64,000 bases of DNA. Source: Bacteroidales bacterium (lineage in GTDB: Bacteria; Bacteroidota; Bacteroidia; Bacteroidales; UBA932). The translations under genes and the position numbers were made by a program. This document shows, piece after piece, positions 63,224-64,000 of the stretch. Positions within the stretch are counted from its first letter, which is position 1. Each line of letters begins with the position of its first letter. The DNA is taken from contig JAAYDZ010000027.1 in the NCBI GenBank assembly GCA_012728975.1, positions 81,553 to 145,552 on the forward strand, written 5' to 3'. The notes beneath the pieces are model-generated. The model searched no databases. It was given only the letters and a program-made list of their open reading frames with translations, and was not told where the DNA came from.

Positions 63224-64000
63224 CTACACCTTCGGTCCTGCGGATACAAGTGCAGCACCTGCGGGGTTACCGGTAAATTTGTTGAAGTTCTTTACAAATT
63301 TTCCTGCAAGATCACGTGCTTTTCTATCCCATTCACAAGAGCAGGGATAAGTATTGCGTGGATCGAGAATATTTGTGTCAACATTAGGAAGTGCTTTGGG
63401 TATCTCGAGGTTGAATACGGGAATAAACGAGGTCTCTGCTTTGTCAATTGCCCCGTCAAGAATAGCGTCAATGATGCCGCGGGTATCCTTTATGGAGATA
63501 CGTTTACCGGTGCCGTTCCATCCTGTATTAACCAGATATGCGGTAGCTCCGCTAGCCTTCATCCTCTTTACGAGCTCTTCACCATATTTTGTAGGGTGGA
63601 GGGAGAGGAATGCCGCTCCAAAGCAAGCCGAGAAGGTAGGAGTGGGTTCAGTGATTCCTCGTTCGGTCCCTGCCAGTTTTGCAGTAAAACCGCTGAGGAA
63701 GTAGTACTGTGTCTGCTCAGGGGTAAGCTTGGATACTGGAGGGAATACTCCGAATGCGTCGGCAGTTAGGAAAATTACCTTTTTAGCATGACCTGCCTTG
63801 GAGATAGGTTTCACAATGTTGTCAATGTGGTAAATGGGATAGGAGACACGGGTATTCTCGGTCACACTCTTGTCGGTGAAATCAATTTTGCCGTTTTCGT
63901 CAACAGTAACATTCTCGAGGAGTGCATCGCGCCTGATGGCGTTATATATATCGGGCTCGGCTTCTTTACTGAGGTTGATGACCTTAGCATAGCAGCCGCC
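63224..64000 (-). CDS. pckA: phosphoenolpyruvate carboxykinase (ATP), C-terminal part (continues beyond the window end)
   Basis: The frame stays open to position 64000. The translation ...[31 protein letters not shown]...[17 protein letters not shown]...[15 protein letters not shown]...[15 protein letters not shown] matches ATP-dependent PEPCK. Confidence 0.9.
   Translation of the reverse strand, partial: GGCYAKVINLSKEAEPDIYNAIRRDALLENVTVDENGKIDFTDKSVTENTRVSYPIYHIDNIVKPISKAGHAKKVIFLTADAFGVFPPVSKLTPEQTQYYFLSGFTAKLAGTERGITEPTPTFSACFGAAFLSLHPTKYGEELVKRMKASGATAYLVNTGWNGTGKRISIKDTRGIIDAILDGAIDKAETSFIPVFNLEIPKALPNVDTNILDPRNTYPCSCEWDRKARDLAGKFVKNFNKFTGNPAGAALVSAGPKV

Noticed and set aside
1-64000. 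Search by eye for integrase, transposase or IS elements, tRNA and rRNA genes, and riboswitches.
   Set aside because: No tyrosine or serine recombinase or DDE transposase motifs were recognised in any listed ORF. The only T-arm-like GGTTCGA motif belongs to the tmRNA. No rRNA-like sequence or recognisable riboswitch core was seen.

Overview
The window looks like a Bacteroidota (Bacteroidales-like) chromosome. Evidence: many TAnnTTTG -7 promoter boxes, type V pilus genes, a GLPGLI protein, TonB-dependent receptors, and a tmRNA with tag GNNNYALAA. Most of it is housekeeping: ackA-ptb-buk, a MATE exporter, ettA, asnA, two tandem acyl-CoA ligase paralogs, ssrA, addB-addA, aroB plus a fused aroE/aroK, rmuC, a Lol-like ABC operon, and the pckA 3' part. 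The clearest accessory region is a visibly AT-rich block at about 18.3-26.9 kb. It starts with a tightly packed four-gene cassette: a Dam/EcoRV-type N6-adenine methyltransferase, a second FokI-half/NlaIII-like adenine methyltransferase, a 464-aa orphan protein with a C-terminal PD-(D/E)XK-like motif, and a co-operonic HhH-GPD (AlkA-type) DNA glycosylase. I read this as a probable Type IIS-like restriction-modification system with an unusual base-excision partner, and it is my best candidate for something undescribed. The island also holds a diverged 5' duplicate of the flanking GDSL hydrolase gene, orphan secreted and membrane proteins with shared promoter modules, and an (ATAG)7 microsatellite. 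I saw no integrase. Other signals: a strand-asymmetric G/T-rich family of degenerate word repeats next to terminators, with one copy embedded in frame inside a pilin gene; an (ATAAT)13 pentanucleotide repeat upstream of a TonB-dependent receptor; and a roughly 215-nt repeat-filled 3' UTR between the pckA stop and its terminator. All family assignments come from motif recognition by eye. No searches or computations were run.
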